Origin: the human T2T-CHM13v2.0 reference genome, Homo sapiens
Assembly: GCF_009914755.1 (NCBI RefSeq)
Contig: NC_060936.1
Reading direction: 5' to 3' (one strand)
Length of the DNA: 64,000 nucleotides
Positions 1 to 17,050 of the stretch are shown piece by piece. Positions within the stretch are counted from its first letter, which is position 1; each line of letters starts with the position of its first letter. Made by a program: the position numbers and the translations under genes. A model generated the notes under the pieces. The model was given only the letters and a program-made list of their open reading frames with translations, had not been told where the DNA came from and did no database searches.

Positions 1-1987
1 TTGGCAAGGGCTGACAAATGCGAGATGTAGAAATACCAGCCTAACAACTTTTCCAGTGACTCTGACCTAGATGGGTGGTTTCATGCACAGCCAGTACAAC
101 TGCAGCTCCTAGCAGCTGTGGCACAGCTACTCTCCCATCTGGTAACCGAATCCATCCTTCCTCCATCACTTGTCCTTCCCTCTACCTGGAGAAAGTCCTT
201 TTCTTCTTTAGAATAAGTAGGTACAAGATCAGGTGCTTGAGGGAGCAGAGTGGCTGTGACTGATTGCCGGAAGGGGGCAGATGCTGCTTTTCGAGCCTCT
301 GAGTCAGCGCGGGAATTCCCCAAACCCAGCAAGGTGGAAGCTCGCTGATGTCCTCTGCAATGCATACCTGCCACCTTGTGGGGTTTCCATACTGCTTCTA
401 ATAATTGCAAGATTTCTTGTTGATATTTTATGTCTTTTCCCCCAGAGTTCCATAGGCCGTTTTCTTTCTATAATGCTCCATGCACTTGAAGGGTTAAAAA
501 GGCATACCGAGAATCAGTGTCAATGTTTACAGTCTTACCTTCATGGAGTTCTAAGGCCCAAATTAAAGCAATGGGTTCAGCTTTCTGGGCTGAAGTGCCC
601 TGGGGCAACGATCTGGCTTCAACAACAGTGTACAGGGTTACCACTGCATACCCTGCACATCTCTCTCCTTGTAGGTTGATGAAGCTGCTCCCGTCCACGT
701 GTAGTTCCCAGTCTACTGATGCCCAAGGCTGGTCCCGGAGGTCAGATCTACTAGAGTCAACTGAGTCAAACACTTCTACACAATCATGCCCGACAGGGCT
801 CTCTGATACTGGGAGCAAGGTGGTGGGGTTTAGGGTGTTCCAAACTTCAATGGTTATACGGAGATTTTCACAGAGCAAACTTTGGTACTTGGTGAGTCTA
901 GCATTCGTTAGCCAATGATGTCCTTTAGTATTCATTAAAGTCAACACAGCATGGGGAGCCTTTATGTTCAGGTTTTGCCCAAGAGTCAGCTTATTTGCTT
1001 CTTGTACTAGCAGGGCAGTTGCTGCCAAGGCCCTCAAACACAGGGGCCATCCTTTAGGAACCCCATCTAGTTGTTTAGAGAGGTAGGCCACTGGCCTCGG
1101 CCAGGGCCCCACAGTTTGGATGAAAACTCCAACTGCCATCTTTTCTCTCTCTGACACATACAATGTAAAAGGCTTTGTCAGATCGGGTAGCCCCAGGGCT
1201 GGGGCTGACATAAGTTTTTTCCTTTAACTCATGAAAGGCTTGCTGTTGTTGAGATCCCCATTCAAAAGGTTCCCGGTCCCCCACTTTGTGACCTCATACA
1301 AAGGCTTGGCTAATACTGCAAAGTTTGGGATCCACAGTCTACAAAACCCCACAGCTCCTAAGAATTCTCTCACTTGCCTTCTGCTCTTAGGCTCCAGTAG
1401 ATTGCAAATGACCTGCTTTCTTTCTGATCCCAGGCTGCATTCCCCGTGTCGGATAGTAAATCCCAAGTAACGTACCTGCTGTCGACAGATCTCAGCTTTT
1501 TTCTTGGACACCTTATACCCACAGTCCTCCAGGCGCTGGAGTAGGGCATCCGTTCCCTTGGCGCACCTGACTGCCGTGGGGTGTCTCAGCAAAAGGTCAT
1601 CAACGTACTGGAGCAACACGCAGCCTAGGTCTCTGGTGGGAAGCTTCTGGAGGTCTGTAGCCAACGCCTCCCTGAAGATGGTGGGGGAGCTCTGGAACCC
1701 TTGGGGAAGCCGGGTCCAAGTGTACTGAGTAGTGATACCTGACTCCGGATCTTCCCACTGAAAGGCAAACAGCTTCTGGCTCTCGGGAGCTAATCTGATA
1801 CGAAAGAAAGCGTCTTTCAGGTCCAAGCAGGTGAACCAGCTGTCCTCAGCTGGCAGCAATCCCAACAACGTGTACGGGTTAGGTACTGTTGGATGTAAAG
1901 TCACTGTAGCTTGATTAACCAAGCGCAAATCCTGTACCGGCCTGTAGTCCTTGGTCCCTGGCTTGGGAACAGGCAGGAGGGGAGTGT
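1..1987 (-). mobile_element. Endogenous retrovirus (ERV1, HERV-E-like) pol pseudogene fragment: RT, connection, RNase H, start of integrase region; continues off the left edge
   Basis: Minus-strand ORF pieces 1224-1928 (LDLKDAFF, TRLPQGF, LLQYVDDLLL, FLGAVGFCRLWIPNFA), 468-1211 (PVAYLSKQLD, VDGSS, TSAQKAE, TDSRYAF) and 81-410 (HCRGHQ, GNSRADSEAR). These are gammaretroviral RT/RNase H motifs split by frameshifts and a stop. HERV-E subfamily call is from memory. Confidence 0.9.
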
Positions 1988-2055
1988 ATACTTGGCATGA
2001 AGTACAGCAAATGGAAAAACTTAAATTTTAAAAAAAGAAGAGGTGGGTAGGATGA

Positions 2056-2093
2056 GGCCAGGCGCAGTGCTTGTAATCCCAGCACTTCGGGAG
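2056..2093 (+). mobile_element. Short 5' Alu fragment
   Basis: GGCCAGGCGCAGTG..TGTAATCCCAGCACTTCGGGAG with an internal deletion, then an abrupt end. Confidence 0.7.
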
Positions 2094-2460
2094 ATCAATG
2101 GTGTGAGCCAGTCTAAACCTCCATCTGTGACCTGAAGCTGGCCTATGGGCTGCCGATTTTTGACCTCTGATGACTGACAGGGCTGTCTTCAGTTTCAGTT
2201 CCCTCCTGAGCATCAGAGCCATACACAGAACAGCCTACCAGATGCTTTCACTGGGATGTCCTAAGACCTCTCAGTTTCCATGTGTTCAAAACCACACTTG
2301 TCATCTCCAAGCTGATTCATCGTGGGTTTCTGTTCCTAGTGATGATACATAAGCACCCCATTGCCCCGGCCAGACCCCCAGGAGACCTCCAAGGCCCTGA
2401 GCATTCCTTCCCCTCTTTCAGTGGGTCTCCATGATTTCTTGGCTCTACTCACTTGTGGCA

Positions 2461-2547
2461 TGCCAGGTCTCACGAACGCAGGCCTCCATAACAACTGTTT
2501 CAGTACTGGCTGAGTGGTTAAGTTAAATATTAAATAGCCAGTGCCCT
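2461..2547. mobile_element. Probable short ERV LTR fragment
   Basis: GCAGGCCTCCATAACAACTGTTTCAGTACTGGCTGAGTGGTTAAGTTAAATATTAAA resembles a remembered LTR start; family not identified. Confidence 0.35.
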
Positions 2548-2644
2548 GACAATCCTAGAGTCCATGCCCTCCCCATTTCTTTGCCTCCCCATTTCAGGCC
2601 CCTACCCTCCCTCACCTGGACCATCTTCACAGCCTCCTAACTGG

Positions 2645-3052
<408 letters not shown>

Positions 3053-3773
3053 TCCTTACTGCAGAAAGTCCTGTGGGAGCATGTTGCCCTGTGATCATGT
3101 TTACTTTGCCTAAGCCCGCCCTGGGGGTCATTTCCCTCCTGCTAGAGTCCAGTCTCCTTGGTCCAGGTTACCTCCCCGCCCTTGTCACCACCTCACCCTC
3201 CTGCTGCCCCTCCTCCTGTTTGTCCTCATGTGCACCCTCTCCAGCCACTTCCACCTGGCTGTCTCTACCTTCATGCTCTGGGGCCCTTGGCCCTGAAGCT
3301 TGAAGCGCCTCCCGACACTTTGTTTACCGGCTCACCCCAGGCTCAGTTCCAACAGGGCTCACTTGGGGTTTGGTAGCACCCCACCCTCCCCCATGCACCT
3401 GCCTGCATCACCCGCACACGCGGGATGCCCTTGAGGGCTCCCTGTAGCACTTCCCACCCTGCTGATAATCTGTCCCCCTCTCTGGGTGAGGTCCAGCTGC
3501 GCTTCCTTCCTGTCTGCACTCTCCAGGCCTAGCTCGGGAGGCGGCACTCAGGGGTGGGGCTGGGGTTGGGGAGCTGATGGGAGCCCGCATCTTAAGAAGT
3601 GACTCAGGGTTGGCCGCAGATTTTCATTTGCGAGGAAGCACCTCACTCACTTGGGGCTAAGGAGTGAAGGGGGCTTATCAGCCAGAGTAACTGGCCAGTG
3701 CAGGGCGGTTTGACTGCGCTCTGGGGTGTTGGGGTCTCCTGTTCCAGGCGGGCGTGGTGCAGCCGCCTGAGGC

Positions 3774-3792
3774 TGGCGCCCCCGTGTGGCCC
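3774..3792 (-). promoter_or_regulatory. Weaker CTCF-like motif (reverse) in a CpG-rich patch
   Basis: Reverse complement GGGCCACACGGGGGCGCCA; two core mismatches to CCACCAGGGGGCGC. Confidence 0.35.
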
Positions 3793-3907
3793 TAAGAGTA
3801 TAGCCGCTCCCAGGGCCTGGGCTACCTGGTGCAGGTCCCTGGCGGGAGGGAGAGACTTTGGGAAGCTCTCCCAGGAGGGCGAGGAAGCAACTAAGAAGCC
3901 TACATCA

Positions 3908-4894
<987 letters not shown>

Positions 4895-5610
4895 GTTGGC
4901 TAGGAGGAAAAGGAGGAGTGGCTGGTTGCTGGGGAGGATCTGTCTACTTTCCCACAGGTGGTTAGCCGGGAGGCAGCAGCAACCCTGCCCCCAGGTAGGA
5001 GTGGGTAAAAATCCGAGAGGCACCCCCATTCTTTCCCTCCTCCAGCCTCGGGGAGGAACAGTCTCTGCCCACAGCTACTTAATGGAGAAGTTTGGGGAGG
5101 TGGTGGCCCCCACTCGCCGTCCCCCCAGCTCCAGCCGCACTGGCCTCCATCTCCTCTGAGCACGCTGCCCTCGCCAGCCTCAGGGCCCTCTGAGGCTGGG
5201 CATGGCCTGGAACACTTGCCCCGAGGGTCCCCTGCCCATGCTCCCTTACCCGTGCTGTGGGTGGCTGGGGACCTGTCTCAGCTTAAACATATCCCATATA
5301 AGCTCTCAAACACTCTGAAAGGGTGACCAGGGCGTTGCAGAGCCCGCTAGGTTCTTCACAGGGAAGCTGTGAGTCCAGGAAGGCCAACCGCGCAGAGCCC
5401 TTCTCGCATTCTGGTTCCAGCAGGCCCTCGGGGACCAGGAAGCAATAAAGGATTCTGGACAGAGTAATGGGGACCTCCGGAGCAGCACAGGCGCCTTGCA
5501 AATGTGGAAATGCTCTTTTCTCAATCTCATTAGTCTGAACTTCTAGTCCCTGGGAGATGCTCTGATGTCCGCCGCAGCTGGAGCCACCTGGCAAGGAACC
5601 GGCGGGACCG

Positions 5611-5629
5611 TCGCGCCCTCTAGTGGGAG
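5611..5629 (-). promoter_or_regulatory. CTCF motif (reverse)
   Basis: Reverse complement CTCCCACTAGAGGGCGCGA matches the CTCF core CCACTAGAGGGCGC; lies in a CpG-rich patch (~5300-5650). Confidence 0.6.
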
Positions 5630-5681
5630 GTCCTGAGAAGGAACCAAATGCCAGAATTCGGTTCATTGTGGCCCCAGGACC

Positions 5682-5728
5682 CCCCACCCCTCTCTCCCTC
5701 CAAGACCCCACCCCTCTCTCCCTCCAAG
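5682..5728 (+). repeat. 24-bp tandem duplication
   Basis: CCCCACCCCTCTCTCCCTCCAAG(A) x2. Confidence 0.9.
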
Positions 5729-6908
5729 CCCCCTCCCACGGTGCTGCTGAGGACCGGCAACAAGGAGTTGCCTCTTCTTCCCCTACCCTCCACTTGCTGA
5801 GGCCTGGGGTGCTATTTAGAACCGCAGGACTCAGATCTGACGCTGATGATGAAGGAAGGTGAAGGTGAAGGAGGCTGGGAGCAGGGTGGTTTCCTGACGG
5901 GCAGGGAGAGAAGGAGGGAGTTGCTGGGGGGTGGGGAGACCCCGAGAGCAGCTGGAGTGGGGATACTGTGGGTAGGGAGTCACTTCCTTGGGAAGGCCCG
6001 GGATCTTTAGGTACATTTTTGCTTGAAACTCAAGGGAAATTCCAAGTCAGTTGGGACTTTAACAGTTTTTTCTCAGAAGAGGAATAATTCCCTCTTGAAA
6101 TTGCTCAAACATGTCAGTAAAGAAATGTGCATGCCTGGTAAGTGTGTCCTCGGGAGATTTAATGGATGCAGTGGCAAAGGGAGCCCGTGGCACTCATCTT
6201 CTTCCACTTTCCAGCAGAGAAGGTGTCAGCCTGCTGAGTAGCCAGGAGGTTTATGGGGCAATCTACGGCTCTAGAGGTGGCAAAACAGCAGTGGGAGAAA
6301 TAAACCAGAGGACATATACAGTGGTGACAGAGACCAGGTCTTCTGATGGTGCCCAGAGAACAGAGAATTCTGCCAACCCCCCCCTGGGAAGAAAAGGAAG
6401 GTTCCAGCTTCCCAGGAGCTCCAGGAGCACAGATGACGGTTCCTTCATGTGTGCTGGGCACAGTGTCCCAGCCCTCAGTACCCATCCTTCCTCCTTCTAC
6501 ATGTCTTTATGGACTGCTGAGATGAGAAAGCCAAATGCACTTCCCAAACTCCCTGCAGCTAGAGCACACTGGGCGCCTCTAATAGACAGTGCTCGGCTGG
6601 ATTTGGTGTGGTGAAGGCCATCTTCCTGCCGCTGCTTCTGCTGACCAGCAGGGTTGTAGAAAGTGGTTGTGGCCTTTGAACTCTGTGTTCTAGTGTCTGG
6701 TCACGAGTGTCCTGGGTGTTCTGGCAGTTATGGTGGCGGCAAAGGCAGTGCAGTGATTATTGATCCGCAGATGGCAGCATGGTGGTGGGTGGGTGTGTCC
6801 TCGAGCTCAACAGTCCCACTGGAAGCCTCCTGCCTATCCAGCTGCCACCCACCACCCACTCCTGTGATTTTACAAGCACCTGATTTCCTGTGCCCCACTC
6901 GCTCCCAC

Positions 6909-6934
6909 TTTTTTTTTTTTTTTTTTTTTTTTTT
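6909..6934. repeat. Poly(T)26 not attached to an evident retroelement
   Basis: Direct inspection. Confidence 0.9.
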
Positions 6935-7770
6935 ACCTAGAATGGTTTGTTTCTGCACTGCTGAGGCAGTAGGTACACAGCAAAAGCTGGCTTGGATGGA
7001 TAAAACAGGATGTTGAATCTACTTCTAAATAGATCTTTGGGACCATTGGCCGTAAAAGGGAGGGCCACAGTGGACTGGCGGTAGGAAGTAGGAGGAACCC
7101 CAGAGGTGCAGGGCTGGATGGAGTCCTGTGTGATAGAAGCCAGTGTGAGGCAGGAGGGGAAAGTGTAGTTGGGGCATAAAGCAGAAGCTCCTGGGAGGAG
7201 CAGCCTCTGGCTAAATGGTGACATTGGCTGAGTTGACCTTCAGGACCTTAGACTCTCCTTCTCTCCTCACTCTTCCCAGGATCCTGTCAGGATGGACTTT
7301 TGGTAAACACACAATGGCCCAGGTGTTCCATCCTCCCTCAGCCAAAGCTGCTCCTTGCAGAGGCCTGGCGAGCCCACTGACATGGAGGCAGAAGGGGCGT
7401 CAGGGCCCAGTGCCGACTCAAGGGTGGTGGTGGGAGAGGGGCTGGGAGGAGCTGCTTTAGAATAAAAGTCCCCTCCAGATCAAAGCCTTTGATCTCTTGC
7501 TGGGAATTCCAAGCATCAGCTGTGGGAAGGGGAGTTATTTTTTGATGTTAGGACACGCTGAAATCATAGACCTGAGCTGGCTAAGGAGAGACCTCAAGAG
7601 GGAGTCGCTTATGGTGTTATGGAGCATGGAAGTTTAAAACAAGCTCCCGCATTCTTTGACACTCCTCCCACGGAAGTGGGGTCTATGTCCCCACCCCTTG
7701 AAACTGGGCAGGCTTGTGACTGCTGCCACCAATAGAGCACAGGGGATGCAAGGCCAAGAGACTTCTTCCG

Positions 7771-8382
<612 letters not shown>

Positions 8383-9649
8383 TAAGTGCAGGTCGTTAAA
8401 GGCCAGGCAGCTTTGGCCTGGGTCTCTCGAAATGCTGTTCTTCAGGTGTCCCTCTCTGACACTCCCTCTGAGAACCTCACTGCCAAGCTATGAGAAGCCA
8501 TGGGGAGGCTCCCTGGAGGTGCTTCAGTTGACAGTCCTAGCTGAGCCGTGGTCCCGTCCAGATATGGGAGTGAAGAAGCTGGAGCAGTGAGTCCAACCCA
8601 GCCGTCCCAGTCACCCCCAGTCATTCCAGTGCTCCCAGCTGAGGCTCCAGGCTTCACCCCGTCACACCCTACACCCAATTCCAAACCCCTGACCTCCCCA
8701 GACTCTGCAACATAATACAGTGATGGCTGTTGTAGTCCATGATGTTGGAGGTGGTTCAGAACACAGCAGCACCTCAGTGCAATGTGGGGTCACTGTCCCT
8801 GCAAGAGCCCTGCTGTGGGCTGGTTGCTGACTCCAACATCAGTGGGTTGTGGTGGGGCCCGGCCCCTGTTAGAGTCACATTCCCAGATGCACCTTCTGAG
8901 ATCTGCCGAATGTGTGGCTCACTTCCCCTCCACTGTATGTGCCACCTTCACGTGGCAGCCGGGTCACAAGTGGACCCCATCACAAGGCTAAGTGTCTTCA
9001 CCCGGCTCTGCAGAAATCCCACGACTGCAGTGTTTTGTGATGTTTAGGAAGACCTCACTGAGAGGTGCGGAAGGCAGCCTCCCGCCATTGTTCTCACCGG
9101 TCTTCCCTTCCCCCCTTCCCCCTCCTTTCCAGCCCCCAACACCCCGTCCCCACTGTTTCTCCCTTTATAATGCAAAGGAGCTTCCCTCTGATTCCTGGTC
9201 ACAGCCTGCCCTGCAGACCTTAGGTGCTGGCCTGGCCTCCAGACAGGCTTATCCAGGCATTTCCCCACAAATAGGGCCTCCACCGCTAACTGCGCAGGCA
9301 GTCTCTGCTTGGCTGAGCAGGTGAACAACAGGAGCCAGCTCTCCCAGGGGAGCAAACACCATGCAGCTGGCAGGCCTGGATTTGGGACTGGCTCCACCAG
9401 CCATTGCTATTGAGCCCTCAGGCAGATTTGGCCATTCCTCCGAGCTTCAGTTTCCCTATCTGTAAAACAGGGATGGTGTTAAGTCCCTTGTGGGGGGCTG
9501 TTCTCCCTCTGGGAGTGTTGGTAGTGGAGACTGTGCCAGGAAGACATGCAGGTGGACACAGTGCTCAGGTGCCAGCCAGGTGGCCCTGGGGGAAGGCAGT
9601 GGCATTTCATTGGTAGCTCCTGGGACATGAGCTCATCTATAGACTTGTC

Positions 9650-10050
9650 TGTTGCATTAGAGGCTCAAAACAACAGTGGTTTAAACAACATGGAAGCTTG
9701 GACTTCTCTCACATAATAGTCTTGGCAGGAGGCTTTCAGGGCTGGAACAGCAGCTGCACAGGGCCAGTGCCTCAGGCTCTTTCCGTCTGGTTGCTCTGAA
9801 GGCTGATGGACAAGTTTGATCTGAGATGGCCAGCCACCACCTCCTCTGTGTTCTAGCCAGAGAGAGGGGACGAGGCAGGGAGAGGGTGTCCCCAGCTTAT
9901 CACTTCTACTCCCCTCTTGTTGCTCAGGACTCAGCTGTGTGACTCTCCCAGTCTCCAGGGGTGCCAGGAAGCACCACAGGCAGCCATGTGCCCAACTACA
10001 ATTAGGGCTCCATGACTTCTACAGAAGCTAGGGGACAAAAGAAGTGTCTG
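9650..10050. mobile_element. Old MLT1(J/K)-like MaLR LTR
   Basis: AAAACAACAGTGGTTTAAACAACATGGAAG..TTCTCTCACATAA..; degenerate. Confidence 0.45.
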
Positions 10051-10171
10051 CCACTTCTTTTGATTGAGGGACCTGCCTGGATCATCCACCCACCCACCCT
10101 TTCCAGTCACCTCAGCTGTTGAGGGTGGGGCAGGGGCTGAATTACAGAGATAGAAAGATTGTGTCCCTGTT

Positions 10172-10241
10172 CTCAAGGGACAACCAGTTCCTGGACTCAA
10201 GGGACAACCAGTCTCTGGACTTAAGGGACAGCCAGTTCCTC
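10172..10241 (+). repeat. 24-bp minisatellite, ~3 copies
   Basis: CTCAAGGGACAACCAGTTCCTGGA / CTCAAGGGACAACCAGTCTCTGGA / CTTAAGGGACAGCCAGTTCCTC. Confidence 0.9.
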
Positions 10242-12157
10242 GGCAAACAAAAGTGGGTGGAGGGTGTTCGGAGCAGGGCTTTGAAGGGCTGAACTGTCCA
10301 GCCAGCTGCCGGGTACTCCGAGTTCTGGCCCTGACCAGACCCTCTGCCCTGGGAGAGTGTGTCCTTGGACCACGCTGGCCTCTCTTCTGGAGGACTCTGC
10401 ATCCCTGAGGTTGTTGGCGTGGTGTCCTCTGTGTTGGTCAACAGTCACATGAAGTATGCTTTCCTTTTGCTGCGAAAGTGATTTTTCAGGCCATAACCAA
10501 TCCATCGCATCCCTCAGCGTTCCTTACAGGAAGGCCCAAGTGAGCCAATTTTATGAGAATGTATTGTAAGGGGAAAACTTTGTCCCTGCAGAGCAAACAG
10601 TCTGCTTCCTGCAGATAGTAATGGATCAGATTTCTTCTTCCCCTTGGCTGCCTCGAGACGTAATCATGGCATCTGTTGCCGCTCGGGTCTGCCTTTTACA
10701 GTCTCTGTTTTCTGTGGCCTAGCATTTTACATCTTTGAAGGATGTTGCCTCCTACATTCTCAGTCTATCATTACGGATAAAACAGAAAATGAGGGAAGAA
10801 GCAGACCTGGTGGCCACGAGGGGTGGTACCATTGCTGTGCATGAGTATCGGCATTGTCTGTAGTCTCCCAGCAGCCGGGGCAGAAAGGGAGGGTTCACAA
10901 GACTTTCTCCGCAAGAAGGAAGCAGAGCAATGTTGTGAGGGAAGCGAGGCAGCAAGCCCTGAGCTTGTGGTAGAGGCCCCTGCAGCAGTTTCGGGTGCAG
11001 AGAGACCAGGAATCTGGGCACTGATTGCAGTGCCACCAATCAGAAGCTGTGTGACCCTGGGGGAGTCACTTAACCTCTCTGTGCATCAGCATAGTAATAG
11101 TAACTGCTATATGGGTGTTGGAAGAGTTGGATGTTTAAATTAATGCACGCAAAGGGTGAGAATAGAGGTTGGCACTTAGTAAGTGCTCAATAATTGTGAG
11201 CTTGCATTATGCTTGTTATGGATGGAGGAAGGATTGGGGGAGGGGTGAGTATTATGGAGACTTCTAGCTCCATAAGTGTTGATACAGTGTTGATAAGGAT
11301 TTGGGAACCCAACAAAACCTAGAAGGCAGAGCGTGGGGGTAATAAGCTGTGTTTTGTCTCACTGAAGGTGGAGATTGGGATTCACGGGAATGGAGGAATT
11401 CAGGGTGGGGGCTCAGCTGCTTGGCACGGGCATGTCTAAGGTCTTCCTCACTGTGAGCAGAGGGGCATCCCTGGGGACCTTCTCGATCCCTTTTGAGGCA
11501 GGTCTGAATTGAGTATATGCTGACTCTTTGGTTTTGAGAGCCTGGGGCAACCTTGATTGAGGGTGGGCCCAGGCCCATAAGAAAGTAGCCTGGCCCTTCC
11601 ACATGAGGACACACTGGCAACGGGACAGTTTCTTCAGAAATGGTCCCAGAGGATTTTAGGGAGGGCCTGGCAAAGGCCAGATCTCCTCTTAACCACCTGT
11701 GACTGTTGGACTATTATTATTTGGATGTGAGATGCAAGCAGGAGCTCTAAAGATCAGAGACGCTGGGACCTCTGAGATCACGGGGGAAGGTGGGAGAGAG
11801 AGAGTGGGGAGATGATCAAGAGAAGCTGAGAGGAAGGAACACCAGGAAACATCTGAAGTGATGAATGTTTATTTTGATTGTGGTGATGGTATCACAGTGT
11901 ATGCATATGTCCAAACTCGTCAAATTGCAGACGTTAAACATGTGCAGGTTTTTTTTTTTTGTGTATCAATTATTTCTCAACAAAGCTATAAAAATGAACT
12001 GTTATACATCAGTAAGACAAAGATGGACAGCCCACTAGGAAAGTCTGAGAGATTTGAACAGGCACATTACAAAGGATAATACCCAAATAACCAATAAGGA
12101 TGAGAAGTTGTTCACCCTCACCAGTTACCAACAAAATACAAAATAAAATCACAATGA

Positions 12158-12620
<463 letters not shown>

Positions 12621-12792
12621 TTAAATATCAAAGATGAAGATTCTCATATCCTATATCCTAGGCTTATGCCCAACAGCAATGCATGCATATGAGCACCAAG
12701 AGATATGGTCAAGGATGTTCATAGTAACTTTATTTGTAATATCTAAAATGGAAACAACCCAAGTGCCCATCAACAGTAAAATGTATACATAA

Positions 12793-13401
<609 letters not shown>

Positions 13402-13717
13402 TGTATACATAAATTATGGTGTATGTAGACAATGGAATTCTACACAGCAATGAGAATTTATGAATTACCTGCAATGCATGCAAAGAGTGAGAATAGAGCC
13501 TGGTACTTAGTAAGTGCTCAATAAATATAGCTTGCATTATGCTTGTTATGGATGGGGAGGATGAGCAAGTATTATGAAGACCTCTAGCTCCATAAGCATT
13601 GATACGGTGTTGATAAGGATTTGGAGACATTTAACAAGATGAATAACAGAAACCAGACATGACAGAAAAAATATTGTATGATTCTAGTTAGATTAAGTAC
13701 AAAATCAGGCAGAACTA

Positions 13718-14105
<388 letters not shown>

Positions 14106-14646
14106 TTAGTGGGGTAGTAACAGTTCTCTTTCTTCACCTGTGTGGGGATTAAACAGGTATTTGCTTTGTTATGATTTATTGAGCACATTTAGTTTTTGTG
14201 AATGCATGTATATGTACATATATATTTTCTGTACGTGTATTATACTTAATAAAAAAGTTAAAAGTAAACAAATCATACACACACACACGCACACACACAA
14301 AAGAGAGAGGCTGAGAGGAGTTGTTCACTTCTTTCGGGGGAGGAGGGTCTCTGCCATCTGGCATCCCACTAGGGGTCCTGGAAAGGAAGGAGCTGAATCT
14401 AAGTGCTGGGTTTAGCCCACAGCCCTCGGCGTGCTGCTCACACACCTGCCCAGTTCCGACACAATGCCAATCACCTCCCTGGCTCCTGCTGTGAGTCTCA
14501 GGTGGCCCTGCACAAATGCCTCTCTCCTCCAGCCTCTCTGCAAACAAGCCCTGGAAGGCCACTTTCTCCCAGACAGCTCAGGAGCCCAGGCAGCCTGAGG
14601 CCTCCTCCCTGCCAGCTTCGCCTTTGCTGTCTGCCTCCAGCTGTGA

Positions 14647-15010
<364 letters not shown>

Positions 15011-16349
15011 ACATTTCTTCTCTTAACAAAACTTTTATGAGCACAAATTATCTGCCAGACACTTTGCGAGGCACTGAGGGTACAATGATGAACAGTTCCT
15101 GCCCACACAGGGCCTACAGTCTGGTAGGGTCCTACAGACATTAGTCGGCCAATCCCTCGAATGATGAAAAACTGCAACAAAGGCTACAAGGGAGAGGCAG
15201 AGACTTAGCCAGCAGCACAGGGAACTGGAAATGTGTCTGTGCGGAAGTGATGTGTGGCTTTAGTGGATCTGAGGTGGGAGGAGTTAACTGGAGAGTCAGC
15301 AGGGGATGGAAGAGCATTCTAGGCAGAGGGAACAGCATGTGCTGAGACTGCATGGTGGTGACAGGTGAGGGTGGTGAGCACCACTGACAGAAAAAAAAAA
15401 AAGCCAGAGAGGCTGGTGCAGTGAGGCTGGCTGGGGAGGAGCTTACTGATTTGGGAGCACGCTCCTGAGAGACACGGTTTCACCCCTTGGCAAGGACTCT
15501 GGGAGATGGGGTCAACTTACTACTAGGATGGAACCTAGAAGCCCAGAAGAGACGGATTGCACTAAGTGAAGTTGCAAGGCCAGCCTTGCTGTGGCAGAGT
15601 AGAGGAGGGGACTAAAAGGCTCTGGGAGTGGGGCATGCTGGAGGGGATACAGTATGTATGGCCAGGAGATTATCCTGATACGTTCTTAGGGCAGGACCAG
15701 AGCACACACCATTTACACACCAAGGCAAAAGAAATGGGCTGGAGAGAGGGGCACAGACCCCCTAAACATGTGGGGAGGCCCTCCTTCTCATGCCAGGCTG
15801 GTGGTAGGAGGGGCTTTTAGAGACCAGGCTCAGTGATTGCACAGGGAGGGGGGGCGGTGAGGTGGCAGAGGATAGAGCCCTGTCCATAGACCCTGTCCAT
15901 CATCTCTTGTGATGATTGTAACGAGCACAGGGTTGCAGCCAAGGAAATCTAACCTACAGAGCTAGGAGATGGTTAATAGAATACAGTGTTCCTAGGGGCA
16001 AGTTAGATGAGGAGCCAATCCAGAAACTACCCAACTCATGCCATCAGGAGAAACCAAGGATGGATGACCATAAGACTGGGCACTTATGACCCTGTGTTTG
16101 GTTTCTTGACCTGGAAGCACAGGAAGAGAATGAAGAGGAGGTTTGGTCTCTATGAGGATGGAACTTGCAACACCACAACAGCCTTAACAGGATTGATATC
16201 CCCAGTCCTTTCCCAAAGGGACCTATGGCCATTTGCTTGGAGAAACTGTAGATGGGGGAAATGGGAGTAGCCAAACATTTGAGGCTTTTGGACGTGGAGC
16301 CTGAGTTGAGCTCGACACTCAGGAACAAGAAGCATCACCGTTAGAGTGA

Positions 16350-17050
16350 TGTGTGGTGGTTTTGAAGCGTCTCCCTTCAAGAGATGAGCTTAATTACCCT
16401 TCCCTGAGGGTGGGTTGGACCTAGTGACTCACTTCTCAAGAATAGATTATGGCAGAAGGGAAGGTCTGTCACCTCCAACGCTAGATGAGGGGTTGGCACA
16501 CTTTTGCTGAAAAGGGCCAGAGAGTAAGTACTCTTGGCTTTGTAGGCGATATGGATTCTGTTGCAATTGATTACTCAACTGTGCCATTGTAGTTGTGAAA
16601 GCAGCTGTAAACAATATGTAAAGGAATGGGTGTGACCAGATTTGGCCCAAGTTGGGTCAGATTTGGCCAGCAGGCTGGAGTTTGCCAACTCCTGGACTGG
16701 TTCATAAAAGGCATCCTGACTTCTTCTCTGTCCTCTCTTGTATCAGTCTTTTTGGAGGCAGCCAGCTGCCATATCATGAGGTGAAGTGAATAGCCCAAGG
16801 AGAGGTTCATGTGGGCAGGTGCAGGACCTGAGGCCTCTTGCTGGCAGCCACGTACATGAGCCGTCTTGGAAATGGATCCTCTGTCAAGCCTCACCAGCAG
16901 CTTAACTGCAACCTCATAAAAGACCCAGAGCTAGAACCAGCTGCTAAACCATGCCTAAATTTCTGACCCACATAAATTATGAGAGGATAAATGTTTTTGG
17001 TTCTAGGCTGCTAAGTTTTGGAGTTATTTGTTACACAGCAATAGATGACA
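16350..17050 (+). mobile_element. MLT1(F/D)-type MaLR LTR
   Basis: GGGTTGGACCTAGTGACTCACTTCT..., ends ATAAATGTTTT..GCTGCTAAGTTTTGGAGTTATTTGTTACACAGCAATAGATGACA. Confidence 0.7.
16488..16693. mobile_element. MER58A-like DNA transposon nested in the MLT1
   Basis: TIRs GGGGTTGGCA..//..TTTGCCAACTCCT; internal AAAGGGCCAGA..GTAA..TA..TTGGCTTTG. Confidence 0.75.

Noticed and set aside
468-1928. 247-aa and 234-aa retroviral ORFs as a functional RT/RNase H gene
   Set aside because: Frameshifts near 1215-1285, a stop at 468-470 and a truncated RT N-terminus; no LTR or gag upstream.
10172-10241. CRISPR-like repeat array
   Set aside because: Head-to-tail tandem units with no spacers, in mammalian DNA.
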